From Sulfolobales archaeon (GTDB lineage: Archaea > Thermoproteota > Thermoprotei_A > Sulfolobales > AG1), in assembly GCA_038867615.1 (NCBI GenBank), contig JAWBYA010000001.1, positions 512,001-576,000 on the forward strand: DNA of 64,000 nt, in the 5' to 3' direction. The notes under the pieces are model-generated. The model was not told the origin of the DNA and searched no databases. It saw only the letters and a list, made by a program, of their open reading frames with translations. The first letter of the stretch is position 1. Every line of letters begins with the position of its first letter. A program made the position numbers and the translations under genes. This document shows positions 1 to 10,417 of this stretch, piece by piece.

Positions 1-867
1 CTCTCCCTAGGGGTTATAGAGCTATTCGAAGGGCCTCCGAAACACACTATAGAGGAGTCGATATCCTTCGCCGAGAATATGGGTAGAGGAGAGCTTGTAA
101 GAGGCATGATCGGGGTCCATGCACTCTACTCTGTTACGGGTGATTCTGTTAGAAAGGCTGCCGAGGCCTCTGTAGAGAAGAACCTGAGGATCCACATGCA
201 CTTCGCGGAATCCATGGACGAGGTTAGGAGGGTTAGGGATATGTATGGATCAACACCAACAGGGGCTGCCGAAAGCCTAGGGCTCTTGAGAGCATCACCC
301 CTCCTAGCCCATGCTGTCTATATTGGTGACAACGATCTCGAGTTGCTTGCTAAAAGAAAGCCCTATATCTCCTACTGCCCCTCATCCATCATGGCCTGGG
401 GCTCTGGGGTTGCGAGGGTTCTCGAGATGGTTGAGAGGGGCATAGGGGTTACTATGGGGACTGATGGGCCCCTCACCTCGGGGTGGATGGATATCCTGCT
501 CGAGATGAGGATAGCTATTGCTGTCCAGAGCTCTAAATATTCTAGACCATATGCTCTAGATCCCCTGGGTCTCTTGAGATCCTCGATATTGGGTGGGGCA
601 AGGGCCCTGGGTTGGAGTGATGTTGGGATGCTTAGGAAAGGATATAGAGCAGATCTAGTTGTGCTCGAACCCACGATCCCCACGGATCTCGATGACCCAT
701 CCTCAGTAGCTAGGGCTATCATCTGGCTGGGAGGCTTCTCCGTGAGGGATGTTTTTGTCAATGGGAGGCATGTGGTTTCTGGAGGCATGGTTAGGAGTAT
801 AGATCTTGGTAGGGTTTATAGCGAGCTTTTGAGGGCTAGGAGTGATATTCTCTCGAGGTGCGGCTAG
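1..867 (+). CDS. Amidohydrolase superfamily deaminase (MTA/SAH-deaminase-like), 5'-truncated by window edge
   Basis: Frame is open from base 1; motifs GVHALYS, IHMHFAE, LAHAVY, MGTDG and GYRADLVV. Confidence 0.85.
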   Translation, partial: LSLGVIELFEGPPKHTIEESISFAENMGRGELVRGMIGVHALYSVTGDSVRKAAEASVEKNLRIHMHFAESMDEVRRVRDMYGSTPTGAAESLGLLRASPLLAHAVYIGDNDLELLAKRKPYISYCPSSIMAWGSGVARVLEMVERGIGVTMGTDGPLTSGWMDILLEMRIAIAVQSSKYSRPYALDPLGLLRSSILGGARALGWSDVGMLRKGYRADLVVLEPTIPTDLDDPSSVARAIIWLGGFSVRDVFVNGRHVVSGGMVRSIDLGRVYSELLRARSDILSRCG

Positions 868-1674
868 TTGGGCGAGGTAGGGCTCTATGTAGAAGGTAAG
901 AGTATTATCCACAGCCTAGACCCTAGGGTTAAGCTCCTCTGGTTCGTCTTTGTCCTGGCAGCGTCTATTGTATGTCAGTTCGACGGATCTGTCTCTCTAT
1001 TTATATTCCTATCCCTTGTGGTTGGCATGGCTCTAGCTGGGCTTCCTCTTAAGAGGCTTTTGCTCATAATAGGCTATAGCGTTGTGTTCTTCATAGTAAC
1101 GATTCTTGTGTGGGCTAGCTATTACCAGGATGTTGGGAGATACCTATTCACATTCGCCGGGGTTAGGGTTACCGATACAGGCTTGCTTGTGGGGACTGGG
1201 AAGTTCTTCCTAATAATAAACCCGATAGTATCGATGCTGATATTTTTCTCAACAGTAAAGCCCTACGATCTAGTCCAGGTTTTCTCAAGGATAGGGCTGC
1301 CCTATAAGGCTGGCTTTATGCTTCTACTCTCTCTAAGGATGCTCTCCCTAGCTGTGTCAGAGCTTAGGAATATAATGGATGTTCAGAAGGCTAGGGGTAT
1401 AGAGGTTGATTCGAGGAATCCCTTCAAGAGGGTTGCTAACCTCATCCCTGTTTTCGTACCACTTGTTATAAGGATCATGGGGCTTGCGTGGGAGCTGAGC
1501 ATAACCCTCATGGTTAGGGGTTTCGGCTATTCTAGGGAGAGGAGCTATGCATTCCCACTAAGGTGGAGCTCTAGGGATACGTTAGCCCTTATACTGATAG
1601 CAATATTCTACACAGGAATAATAGCTGTGAAGCTGGCGGGCTTCTCAACATACTACATGATCGCTGGGGTGTGA
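868..1674 (+). CDS. ecfT: ECF transporter transmembrane (T) component
   Basis: SIIHSLDPRVKL N-terminus, multiple TM segments, QKARG and MVRGF coupling motifs. Confidence 0.9.
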   Translation: MGEVGLYVEGKSIIHSLDPRVKLLWFVFVLAASIVCQFDGSVSLFIFLSLVVGMALAGLPLKRLLLIIGYSVVFFIVTILVWASYYQDVGRYLFTFAGVRVTDTGLLVGTGKFFLIINPIVSMLIFFSTVKPYDLVQVFSRIGLPYKAGFMLLLSLRMLSLAVSELRNIMDVQKARGIEVDSRNPFKRVANLIPVFVPLVIRIMGLAWELSITLMVRGFGYSRERSYAFPLRWSSRDTLALILIAIFYTGIIAVKLAGFSTYYMIAGV

Positions 1675-1677
1675 GGC

Positions 1678-2553
1678 TTGGGATACGCTGTCGAGGTTAG
1701 GAACCTCTGGTTCAGATACATGCTCTCAGAGGAATGGGTTCTAAGGGATCTAAACCTAGCTGTTGAGGAGGGTGAGTTTATAGTTATAATGGGGCCCTCT
1801 GGGTGTGGGAAATCCACACTCCTCTACATACTCTCAGGAATAATACCCAACATGATCAGGGGCGAGGTTAAGGGTGAGGTCAAGATCCTGGGGAGAGATC
1901 TTAGGGGGCTGAGGCCCGAGGATATCACGAGGAGCGTGGGCTTTGTGTTCCAGAACCCCGATTCCCAGCTAATAATGCCCACCGTTCTTGAGGAGGTTGT
2001 CATGGGTCTCGAGAACCTGGGGCTCGATAGGGGTGAGATCCTTGGCAGGGCTAGAGAGATCCTAAGCTATGTGGGGCTTGATAGGAAGAGCAACATGCCC
2101 CCAAGATCCCTCTCAGCTGGTGAGAGACAGCTACTAGCAATAGCCTCTGTGCTTGCAATGAGACCGAGGATCTTGATCCTTGACGAGCCAACCTCAATGC
2201 TAGATCATGTTGGCACTATGAAGGTTCTAAGCCTGGTAGAGAGTCTCAAGAAAAACCTAGGGATCACTGTAATCGTTGTCGAACACAGAATCGAGTGGGC
2301 TGTTGAGATAGCCGATAAAATCGCTATAATGGATCGAGGAACCGTGGTTGCCTACGGAGAACCATCAAAGATCTTCAGCAACCCAGAGCTTATTAAAAAG
2401 ACCGGTGTGAGGCCACCGATGATCAGCGAGGTTTTCTACGAATTGATAGATAAGGGGATAAAGGTTAACAGGATCCCTATAACAACTAAAGAAGGGATAG
2501 AAGAACTCAGGAGAATTCTAGAGAGATCCGCTAAACCCGGTGCTCTGACCTAG
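1678..2553 (+). CDS. ecfA: ECF transporter ATPase
   Basis: Walker A GPSGCGKST, VFQNPDSQ Q-loop, LSAGERQ, ILDEPTS, VEHR. Confidence 0.9.
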   Translation: MGYAVEVRNLWFRYMLSEEWVLRDLNLAVEEGEFIVIMGPSGCGKSTLLYILSGIIPNMIRGEVKGEVKILGRDLRGLRPEDITRSVGFVFQNPDSQLIMPTVLEEVVMGLENLGLDRGEILGRAREILSYVGLDRKSNMPPRSLSAGERQLLAIASVLAMRPRILILDEPTSMLDHVGTMKVLSLVESLKKNLGITVIVVEHRIEWAVEIADKIAIMDRGTVVAYGEPSKIFSNPELIKKTGVRPPMISEVFYELIDKGIKVNRIPITTKEGIEELRRILERSAKPGALT

Positions 2554-3300
2554 CTTTTGGTGTAAGAGTTCTTTGAATCTTTTAGCATCGTCCCACATAT
2601 AGATATTATTGAATAGGGCTAGGGCCTCTCTACGATTGCTCGAAACCAGCTTGCTATATAATTCCTCGAGATCTTTGTCGCTATATTTATATCTATAGTT
2701 CACCTCCCCACCTCCTAGTCCGTGTAGTCTTGTGTATAGGGGGATCTCGCTATCCTGGGTGCATGGATCTCTCCTAAGGATATCGACTATATGTATGATT
2801 CCGTGTTTGTTTAGGAGGCTGCAGAGCTTCTCTCTATTCTCCTCATCATTCCAAGAGCCCCTCGGCTCCCATCCGAGTTCGAAACCCTTCTTTGTGATTG
2901 TCGAGAAGAAATCATCGATCCATCTCAATGCCTGAACGCTATATCCCAGCGATGGTGGTGTTTGAAATACTATGAACCTAGCCCCCAACTCTCTAGCATA
3001 TTCCTCAACAACCTCCCAGGCCTTTAAATTCCTCTCAGTCGGTCTTAGAAGCCCGTATTCCGAGGGGTCTCCTTCAAGTTTTCTCCTCATCCTCTTCATT
3101 GTGGGGCTCTTACTACTATGGGTTATGACCTGCCAGGCTTTAACACTGAATATAAAGCCTTCTGGGGCTTCCTTTCTAAGGGTTCTTGCCTTCTCAACGG
3201 GTGGGGGGTCGTAGAATGTCTCCTGGATCTCGACTATATCGAGGGTTCTGAAAATCTCCCTTCTCGATCTGGGGAAGCCGCAGGTACCTGCGAGAATCAT
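2518..3300 (-). CDS. DUF72 (YecE-like) protein
   Basis: AGTCGF N-terminus, VEIQETFY, FSVKAWQVITH, FQTPPS, YTRLHG, FNN. Confidence 0.85.
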   Translation of the reverse strand: MILAGTCGFPRSRREIFRTLDIVEIQETFYDPPPVEKARTLRKEAPEGFIFSVKAWQVITHSSKSPTMKRMRRKLEGDPSEYGLLRPTERNLKAWEVVEEYARELGARFIVFQTPPSLGYSVQALRWIDDFFSTITKKGFELGWEPRGSWNDEENREKLCSLLNKHGIIHIVDILRRDPCTQDSEIPLYTRLHGLGGGEVNYRYKYSDKDLEELYSKLVSSNRREALALFNNIYMWDDAKRFKELLHQKLGQSTGFSGSL

Positions 3301-3343
3301 AAACCCCCAGCCTAGAGATCCTTCTACATGATGGCTAGGCCCT

Positions 3344-3607
3344 TTATTCTTCCTCAGGCGGGTGGTATGGTGAGTCGTAGAAGCAGTAGAGCTTTTTCTT
3401 CTTATAACTATTCTTGGGCTTTACGAGATGCTTCCTGACAAGCCCTGCTTTCGAGAGCTTGTTAAGCATGTAATAGACAGCGTCTCTTGAGACACCGAGT
3501 GCTTTGATTATTTCATCAGCGAAGGCACAACCACTAGGCGTTGATCTTAGGAATCTTAATATATCGCCCCCAATAAGGTCTAGCCTAGGCTCTTCAGAGG
3601 GTCTCAT
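3344..3607 (-). CDS. Small winged-HTH DNA-binding protein
   Basis: From ATG 3607: ILRFLR...ADEIIKALGVSRDAVYYMLNKLSKAGLV HTH pattern. The longer ORF-track start overlaps the antitoxin on the other strand. Confidence 0.6.
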   Translation of the reverse strand: MRPSEEPRLDLIGGDILRFLRSTPSGCAFADEIIKALGVSRDAVYYMLNKLSKAGLVRKHLVKPKNSYKKKKLYCFYDSPYHPPEEE

Positions 3608-3782
3608 CCTCTCCAAACTATTCCTAATAACTATTAACGGGGAGTCATCCACAGCCCTCACCAGACAATCATCACCATAGAGATTTATAAAAAGCCCAAC
3701 AAGACCTTTAAGAACATACACATTAGAATCGGAACCACAACCTACCCTTATGCTAAGTTCACTTATTATTTTTAATAAAATC

Positions 3783-4046
3783 ATGTATCTGGTAAGGAGC
3801 TTGAGCGTTACGATTTGCTTTAGGATTAGTAAGGAGCTTAAAGAGAAAATGGATAGAATGAGGCATATCATCTGGAACGAGGTTGTTGAGAAAGCCATAA
3901 TGGAAGAGATCAGGGGACAGGAGATACTCTTATCAAGAGACCCTGAGAGAGCCTTAAGAGCGTCTATGCTCATAGACTCGCTAAGGAGGAAGGCGCCCAG
4001 CTGGAATAGTGTTGAGGAAATTAGGAGATGGAGAGAGGGGAGATAG
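3783..4046 (+). CDS. VapB-type (RHH) antitoxin
   Basis: SVTICFRISKELKEKM...WNEVVEKAI RHH pattern and SVEEIRRWRE C-terminus; overlaps the start of a PIN-domain gene. Start codon uncertain. Confidence 0.75.
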   Translation: MYLVRSLSVTICFRISKELKEKMDRMRHIIWNEVVEKAIMEEIRGQEILLSRDPERALRASMLIDSLRRKAPSWNSVEEIRRWREGR

Positions 4047-4417
4047 TTATAGATGCATCAGTAGCTGTTAAATAGTTTGCTGAGGAGGAACATAGCGATC
4101 TAGCTATAAAGTTAAAGGATCTACGTGTAAAAGGAGAAATAGATCTCGCAGCCCCTTCCATGATCTACTACGAAGTGCTTAACGCACTAAGACACTCGGG
4201 ATCATTCAAACCAGAGGAGCCGGGATTAATAGCACGATCACTGGAAGACCTTCAGATCCTACTTTACACCAAGTTCCACTCTAATGGCCAGATTATCGAG
4301 CTCTCGCCGAGATACGGTATCACAGTATATGATGCATCATATCTCTCCCTAGCCAAGCACCTTAACACCGTAGTATATACTACTGATAAGGAATTACTAA
4401 GAAAGTTCAGGGCTTAA
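4028..4417 (+). pseudogene. vapC: VapC PIN-domain toxin with premature stop
   Basis: MERGEIVIDASVAVK*FAEEEHS...YEVLNAL...ITVYDASYLSLA...YTTDKEL. In-frame TAG at 4073-4075 where TGG (KW) is expected. Confidence 0.85.
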
Positions 4418-4725
4418 AAGAACGATCCACATAAGGATCTCATTTGATTAGCGAGAAGTTTCATCAAAAAAGCAGCTCTATGTGGTACTCAACATGTCTA
4501 AAGTAGCTGTTAAGGGGATCTATAATCGGTATGATGTATGAGATGATAAATAGCCACACAACCCTAATGTATCTTTTAACCCAAACCATGGGGACAAGAT
4601 CTATGGGGGTGTTGATGATGCCAACGCGTATGGAGATCATAACATGTCGTTCTCAGAATTTCTTAAGTGAAATGCCTATAACTATCACGACTGTAAGGAG
4701 AGGATCCTTGTCGCTAAGATTATCT

Positions 4726-6027
4726 CTATACATTGTATATTTTAAGATGCTTCTCCAGGATCTTTTTCTCTTCGAAAGCGATCTCTGAGAAGAGTTTTAC
4801 TCTAGGCTCGTCCACCTCTATATTTTTGGCATCAAGGATCTCTAGGGTTTTCTGTGCTAATGCTTCTATGTCTCCTTCCTTTGCTAGGTAGACTCCGTTG
4901 AGATTTCCATAACTGATTTTAAGGGCTGGTATATCGTATGCCACTACGGGGGTTCCGAGTAAAAGAGATTCAGCTACAGCGTATGGGTAGGCATCAACAT
5001 GACCTGGATATAGGCTTAGCTTTGCGCTTGCCCTAAATTTTAGGAGATCTCTTCTTTGGGGGATGTAGCCTACGAGAATCAGGTTATCATTTATCTTGAG
5101 CTTCTTAGCAATTCTAGCAATAAGGGCTCCCATGCGATCCTTCTCGGAGGTAAATATCGCTACTTTAAAATCCCTCCTACTCCTAGCAATGATCTTGATG
5201 GCAATCAATAGATCTGCTAAACCTTTCTCAGGCACGGGTCTTGCAGGGAAGACCGCGTGGATCTTGGATTCGTTTGGCTTTTTTAACCTTAGGCTTTTTA
5301 TATAGCCGAGCTCCTCCTCGTCAAAACCGATGCCTGGATCCATCGCAACAACCCTACCCTCCCAACCCATCTCAAAAGGAATGGATTTAGAAACAGAGAG
5401 AATAAGATCAAATTCTCTCAAGATACCTCCCAACATGAACTCAGATGGTGTGATGAGCTTTGCTAGACTACGTATAGAACTATTATATATAAGGTGATGT
5501 ACAGCTGTATGGTAGCCGAATTTTATGATGTCCGGTAATGAGTATTCAGAGATCATCCGTAGCCTGTGGAAAAGAAGAAAGGAGCCTGTTATGTTGGAGA
5601 TCCTCTTGATATCCTTATAGAAAGGAGGGTTATGAAGTATCACCACACTTTTCGAGCCTGTTTCTCTAGAGATCTCGAGAGCTGTTCTTAGACAAACTAT
5701 ATCTTCCATATGGCATATTACAACATCAGCATTCGTATTAATAATATTGCTATAGAACCTCAGGTTTAGTAGCATATGTGATGGTACGGATCTTATTAGT
5801 GGACGTGATAAGTAGGATTCAGGTATAGCGGCGAAAAATCTCTTCATAGACGCACACCCAAGCGGAGGGCAGAGGCTCAGCAGATCTCTAAGCGTCTCCT
5901 TAGTAAAATCCACGAGGATCGAGCGGCACTCGATACCAGTACTGCTTCTAGCTTTCAGCACCCTGTAAGTTCTAAATGGAGCACCACCCTTCCTGACATT
6001 TACATCAGCCACCTCTATGGTTCTCAT
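4726..6027 (-). CDS. Glycosyltransferase family 4 (GT-B)
   Basis: ARPVPEKGLADL, DAYPYAVAESLLLGTPVVAYDIP. Confidence 0.85.
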   Translation of the reverse strand: MRTIEVADVNVRKGGAPFRTYRVLKARSSTGIECRSILVDFTKETLRDLLSLCPPLGCASMKRFFAAIPESYLSRPLIRSVPSHMLLNLRFYSNIINTNADVVICHMEDIVCLRTALEISRETGSKSVVILHNPPFYKDIKRISNITGSFLLFHRLRMISEYSLPDIIKFGYHTAVHHLIYNSSIRSLAKLITPSEFMLGGILREFDLILSVSKSIPFEMGWEGRVVAMDPGIGFDEEELGYIKSLRLKKPNESKIHAVFPARPVPEKGLADLLIAIKIIARSRRDFKVAIFTSEKDRMGALIARIAKKLKINDNLILVGYIPQRRDLLKFRASAKLSLYPGHVDAYPYAVAESLLLGTPVVAYDIPALKISYGNLNGVYLAKEGDIEALAQKTLEILDAKNIEVDEPRVKLFSEIAFEEKKILEKHLKIYNV

Positions 6028-7148
6028 AGCCTCTGCACCTCATGCTAGGCCTACTAACAAACTAGTAGATAATGTGATATAAAACTATTTCAAGCCAAAT
6101 TATTTATTGTTATAAGCTATTTCCAACGATATCGCTGGGGTTTTCTCGTGGAACGCTCTTAACGAAATTTCTAGACCAAATAGGTTGTAAGCTAAGATTC
6201 ACGAATAACAGTGACAGACGAGCAGGCCTCCTAGAACCCGCTATTAATTGAGAGGCGCGAGACCTTAGGATTCTCAGGATATGATCTTCGATAGAGACCT
6301 GGGATTTAAGTATTCTTCGGCATTGATTCCTGGGTATGATTTTGCTCATATGGCTAGATTAATTACTAAGACCATTACTAAGACCGGCTCTACAGAGGAT
6401 CTGGGAGTCAAAATACTTTCTAAAGTCGAGGGGTCTTTGACAACCAGCTATACTTAGGTAATAGATACCATACTATGCAAAAAGAGATATACATGTATTG
6501 ATAGACACGGGGCCAAATGCAGAAATAGGGGCTCTATAGAGCTAGACCTCATGACATATTCTACGATGGTTTCTCCACACTATCAGATCGCTCGATAAGC
6601 CTGATTGCAACGCAGAGTTCTTTCTATTTGCGGTCTCGATCTAACCATCGGCCTACTCAGGGCAAAACTCCATGAGCTAATAGCTAATTATCACACCACG
6701 TGTCGATCTCTAAGAGAGCATAACTAGTAGCAGAGTAAGAAGGGGTGGTGTGTGTCGACAATAACATTAGGTTCAGGAAGTGGGGGATCTTGGAAAATAT
6801 AGAATCTTCATGATGGATTTCTATAGATTAGATCTCGAGGTAATGCCGTATTTTCTGGCTTATGGTGTTAAGTTCATGGATCTCACAGACTATTTAGATG
6901 GTCTCTATTTAATCATGCTGGATCGTGAAGGCTGTGGAGGGGAATCCTGAAGGAAAGCCATGTTCACCTAAGAAAGTTTTAAACGATCTTAATGGATCAT
7001 TATTGAGGAGACTACAAAAATATAACGAACCAGCTAAAAGGAATCCATAATGGTGAACATTATTTTGAGGGCTATAGCAAAATATTCCCAAAGTACTGTA
7101 GAGCGGAAAGACAGTATAGTGGAGGAAAGCTCTGAATGACAAATAACT

Positions 7149-8030
7149 TTAGGTTTTGTTGGCTAGGCATCTATATATGAAGGTGATCAGATCTTCCCCT
7201 CTTTCTCTGGATTCGATTAGATCGGTGAAGCCGCATCTCTGAATTATTGCAGCTAATAACCTTCTTCTATTATCTCTGATCTTTGTAAGGGTGTGAACCA
7301 ATGCCTCATAAAATGCAAAATAAAGTGCTCCCTTTAGTGAGAGATAGTTCATCGGGCTTCCCTTAATAGAGGCTCTTGCAATGATATAGAGATATATTAG
7401 GGGCATTGAGAAAGGTGCGAGAACCCATAAGACTCTTCGTACGAAGAAGCCTTCGTGTTTGTAGTATTGTAGGGCCTCATACCAGGCAAACTTCTTAAAC
7501 CCTGCCTTCCATTTCTTGAGGTCGTGTGGTCCATAGTGGAGTATATAGTGATCCTCGGGCAGCTCAAGAACCTTACCGTTGATGCTGGGGATCTCGTGAA
7601 TGATCCCTTTAAACACGGTCTTTGTTTTTCTAAATATCCTTATCTGTCTATCGGGATAAAATGGGCCTAAAAGCGGTTTCCCTTTCAAGATATTTATACG
7701 GGTTACTGAGAACGCATCGTAAGAGTCTCCTTGGCTGCTTATGATGGATCTAAGATTTTTCTTCAGGGTTTTGCCAAGCCTCTCATCAGTATCTAGGTAG
7801 AGAATCCATTCATATGAAGCTTTAGATAATGCATACATCCTATCAGGTTCCACATACCCCCACGGTTTCCTCTGGTAAACCTTAGCGTTGTACATTTTGG
7901 CTATTTCCAGCGTGTTATCAGTGCTATAGCCGTCTATAATCACTATTTCGTCAACCACATCACTAACATTTTCTAACAAACTTGGAAGATATTTTGCGGA
8001 ATTCCTTGTAAAGGTAATAAAAGAAATCAT
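7149..8030 (-). CDS. Glycosyltransferase family 2
   Basis: ISFITFTRN, IIDGYSTDNT, WILYLDTDE, YPDRQIR, IHE. Confidence 0.9.
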   Translation of the reverse strand: MISFITFTRNSAKYLPSLLENVSDVVDEIVIIDGYSTDNTLEIAKMYNAKVYQRKPWGYVEPDRMYALSKASYEWILYLDTDERLGKTLKKNLRSIISSQGDSYDAFSVTRINILKGKPLLGPFYPDRQIRIFRKTKTVFKGIIHEIPSINGKVLELPEDHYILHYGPHDLKKWKAGFKKFAWYEALQYYKHEGFFVRRVLWVLAPFSMPLIYLYIIARASIKGSPMNYLSLKGALYFAFYEALVHTLTKIRDNRRRLLAAIIQRCGFTDLIESRERGEDLITFIYRCLANKT

Positions 8031-8342
8031 AAACCTCCCTACTCTTACTGCTAATTATTAACTAATAAGCATTCGTCTCTATGGCTCTTCGTTCTATTGT
8101 TATCTGAGTAGCATTAAGTCGATTACTTCGTTGGCTGTTTCGATATGAGTTCTCTGTACCAGTACTATTTTATTATTTAATGAATAATCGCAATGCCAGC
8201 CCACTCGTACAATACCCCAGATCTTTAAGGTTTCGCTTTGTTAGATGCGACTTATAGCATGCTATGACATGTGGAAATTTGCTATTAATTGGAAGGGTTG
8301 TAGATCTATTTATATGTGTCTCTGTTCTAGATGCAGATATGA

Positions 8343-8975
8343 TTAATGAGTTTTCTCTGTTATGAGGTTTTCGAGTATTGATGCTAGTTCTTGTGCTGTT
8401 TTCCCAGCTTCTCCTTCTCTATTATAGATTATATTTACCGCTGCTCCTGTGAATGATGCTACTACTAGTGCTTCTATTCTGTTCATTCTCAGCATCTCCT
8501 CTATGACCGCTGGATCTGCGTAGTCTTTTCTAACCCTTGTCTTATCCCTGGCTTGTCTGGATAGGATCTCTTCCGGCGATGCCTCTATAAGGATAATAGC
8601 GTCTGGCTTTAGCTCCTGTGCAACATGTAGGGGTAATCCTGGCCAGTAGCCTGAGGGTGTTCTTATCAGGAGATGTGTATCGACTATCAGCAACCCCTTA
8701 GAGCCTTGGAGTTCTTCTGAGGCGCTTCTAATCATCATCCTAGCAGCCTCGGCCTGGTTCTCAACCTGGATCCTTATTGGGAGGCTTCTAATCTCATCCC
8801 TACTCTTAACAGCACCTATTAGGGAGAGTCTTTTGAACATATAGTCGCCATAGTTAAGTACGACAGCCTTCAAACCCCTACTCGAGAGGATCTTTACTGA
8901 TAGGTCAACTACCGTTGATTTACCAACGCCTGGGACGCCAACGATTATGGCGACAGGGAATGGGTGTCTAAGCAA
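8343..8975 (-). CDS. adkA: Archaeal adenylate kinase
   Basis: GVPGVGKSTV, NYGDYM, RDEIR, VDTH, TPSGYWPGLP. Confidence 0.92.
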   Translation of the reverse strand: MLRHPFPVAIIVGVPGVGKSTVVDLSVKILSSRGLKAVVLNYGDYMFKRLSLIGAVKSRDEIRSLPIRIQVENQAEAARMMIRSASEELQGSKGLLIVDTHLLIRTPSGYWPGLPLHVAQELKPDAIILIEASPEEILSRQARDKTRVRKDYADPAVIEEMLRMNRIEALVVASFTGAAVNIIYNREGEAGKTAQELASILENLITEKTH

Positions 8976-9247
8976 AGAACCCCCAGAGCATCACCACTAT
9001 AAAGAATATAAATATAGACCGAAGGATCAGGACTACTAACAGCTATACTGTATTACAAAACCTTGTAGGATCCCCTCTGCAGAGAATATAGGTAGTTGAT
9101 CGAAGAGATCTCTATAAAGATGCTCCAATGCATCTCATAATCAGTTATTTGATAACTAGTAAGCAGTATATCAGTAAATCAACACTCCGCTGAGGCGTAG
9201 TTTATCGCTATGTATTCAAACCTATCTGTGGTTTTTATTAACCCCAC

Positions 9248-10339
9248 ATGTTAAACACCATCGGGGTATCTATAGCTTATCCAATGGTTTCGATTATCTG
9301 GCTTAACTATAATAGTAAGGGTATAGTGGATCGTGTTTTGAAATCCCTCGATGCCGTTTTTGACCTTGACTATCCTGAGGATCGCTATGAACTCATAGTA
9401 GTTGATAATGGCTCTAGCGATGGTAGCTTTGAGACTATAAGGGGTTTTGTTGAGAGGAGATCTAATATTAAGAAGAAGATCTTGGGTCTCGATCGCAACC
9501 TAGGCTTTGCTGGAGGCTGCAATGCTGGTTTCAGGGCTAGGGATAGGGGTGCGAAATATATTGTCCTTCTAAACAACGATGCCATCCCCCGCAAAGATAG
9601 CCTGAGGATCTTTGTTGAGGAGATGGAGAAACGCCCCTACCTAGGAGGTGCTCAGGGGGTGATCGTGGATCCTAGGACGGGTTTTGTTGATACTGCTGGT
9701 AACTATGTCAGCGAATACCTATTCCCACTAGCATATCTAAGGGGAAACCCTCCCAACGATATGAAGAGGCCTCTCTATATATCATACCCAGACGGTGCTT
9801 ACTCGATCTGGAGGGTTGATGCCGTGCTTAAAGCCAACAAGGCTGAGAGGCTGTTCTACGACGAGCTCTTCGCATACTGCGACGATATAGTCCTTGGACT
9901 CAAGATCTGGGATTCGGACTATAAAGCCGCATCTTTCCCCCACGTGGTTGCTGAGCATAGCAGGGGCTCAACGCTTGGCAAGGATCGATCGGCGCAGATT
10001 CTACATACTATTAAATGTATATCGTTTCTCTACCACATATCACGCCTCAGCCTGGTTAGAAGGCTCATGGCGAGAAGCCTGCCTATCAAGAAAGGCATAC
10101 CATTGCTGGTGAGACCCCCGTTCACGCTCACCCCTGGGAAGATATGGAGAGCCTGGAATGAGGGGAAGGAGCTGGGGCTAAGGATCCGGGGTAGCGAGGG
10201 TTATATCGATATAGATAAAGCCCCTTTAGTAAGGCATAGAAATATTATAGATAAAGTCCTATTCTTAGCCCCTGCTAGATATATAGCTAGGTATAAAACG
10301 AAAGAGCTGGAGGAGATCTACAGACTCGATGATCGATAA
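9248..10339 (+). CDS. Glycosyltransferase family 2 (rhamnosyltransferase-like)
   Basis: VSIIWLNYN, VVDNGSSDGS, NLGFAGGCNAG, LLNNDA; lies directly upstream of the rml genes. Confidence 0.88.
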   Translation: MLNTIGVSIAYPMVSIIWLNYNSKGIVDRVLKSLDAVFDLDYPEDRYELIVVDNGSSDGSFETIRGFVERRSNIKKKILGLDRNLGFAGGCNAGFRARDRGAKYIVLLNNDAIPRKDSLRIFVEEMEKRPYLGGAQGVIVDPRTGFVDTAGNYVSEYLFPLAYLRGNPPNDMKRPLYISYPDGAYSIWRVDAVLKANKAERLFYDELFAYCDDIVLGLKIWDSDYKAASFPHVVAEHSRGSTLGKDRSAQILHTIKCISFLYHISRLSLVRRLMARSLPIKKGIPLLVRPPFTLTPGKIWRAWNEGKELGLRIRGSEGYIDIDKAPLVRHRNIIDKVLFLAPARYIARYKTKELEEIYRLDDR

Positions 10340-10417
10340 ACAAATATTTCGATCTAGAGGCGTTGGTTATTTATTAATTTTTCCTATGTATAGTTGGATG
10401 GCTATGTGGTGCTTAGT

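Noticed and set aside
3608-3973. N-terminal extension of the 209-aa minus-strand ORF
   Set aside because: It is the antisense shadow of the antitoxin gene and its promoter region.
4073-4075. Pyrrolysine or other read-through at the vapC TAG
   Set aside because: The position corresponds to a conserved Trp (TGG to TAG), and no pyl genes are in view.
6050-7140. Small ORFs in the 1-kb gap between glycosyltransferases
   Set aside because: No recognisable motifs; probably decayed sequence.
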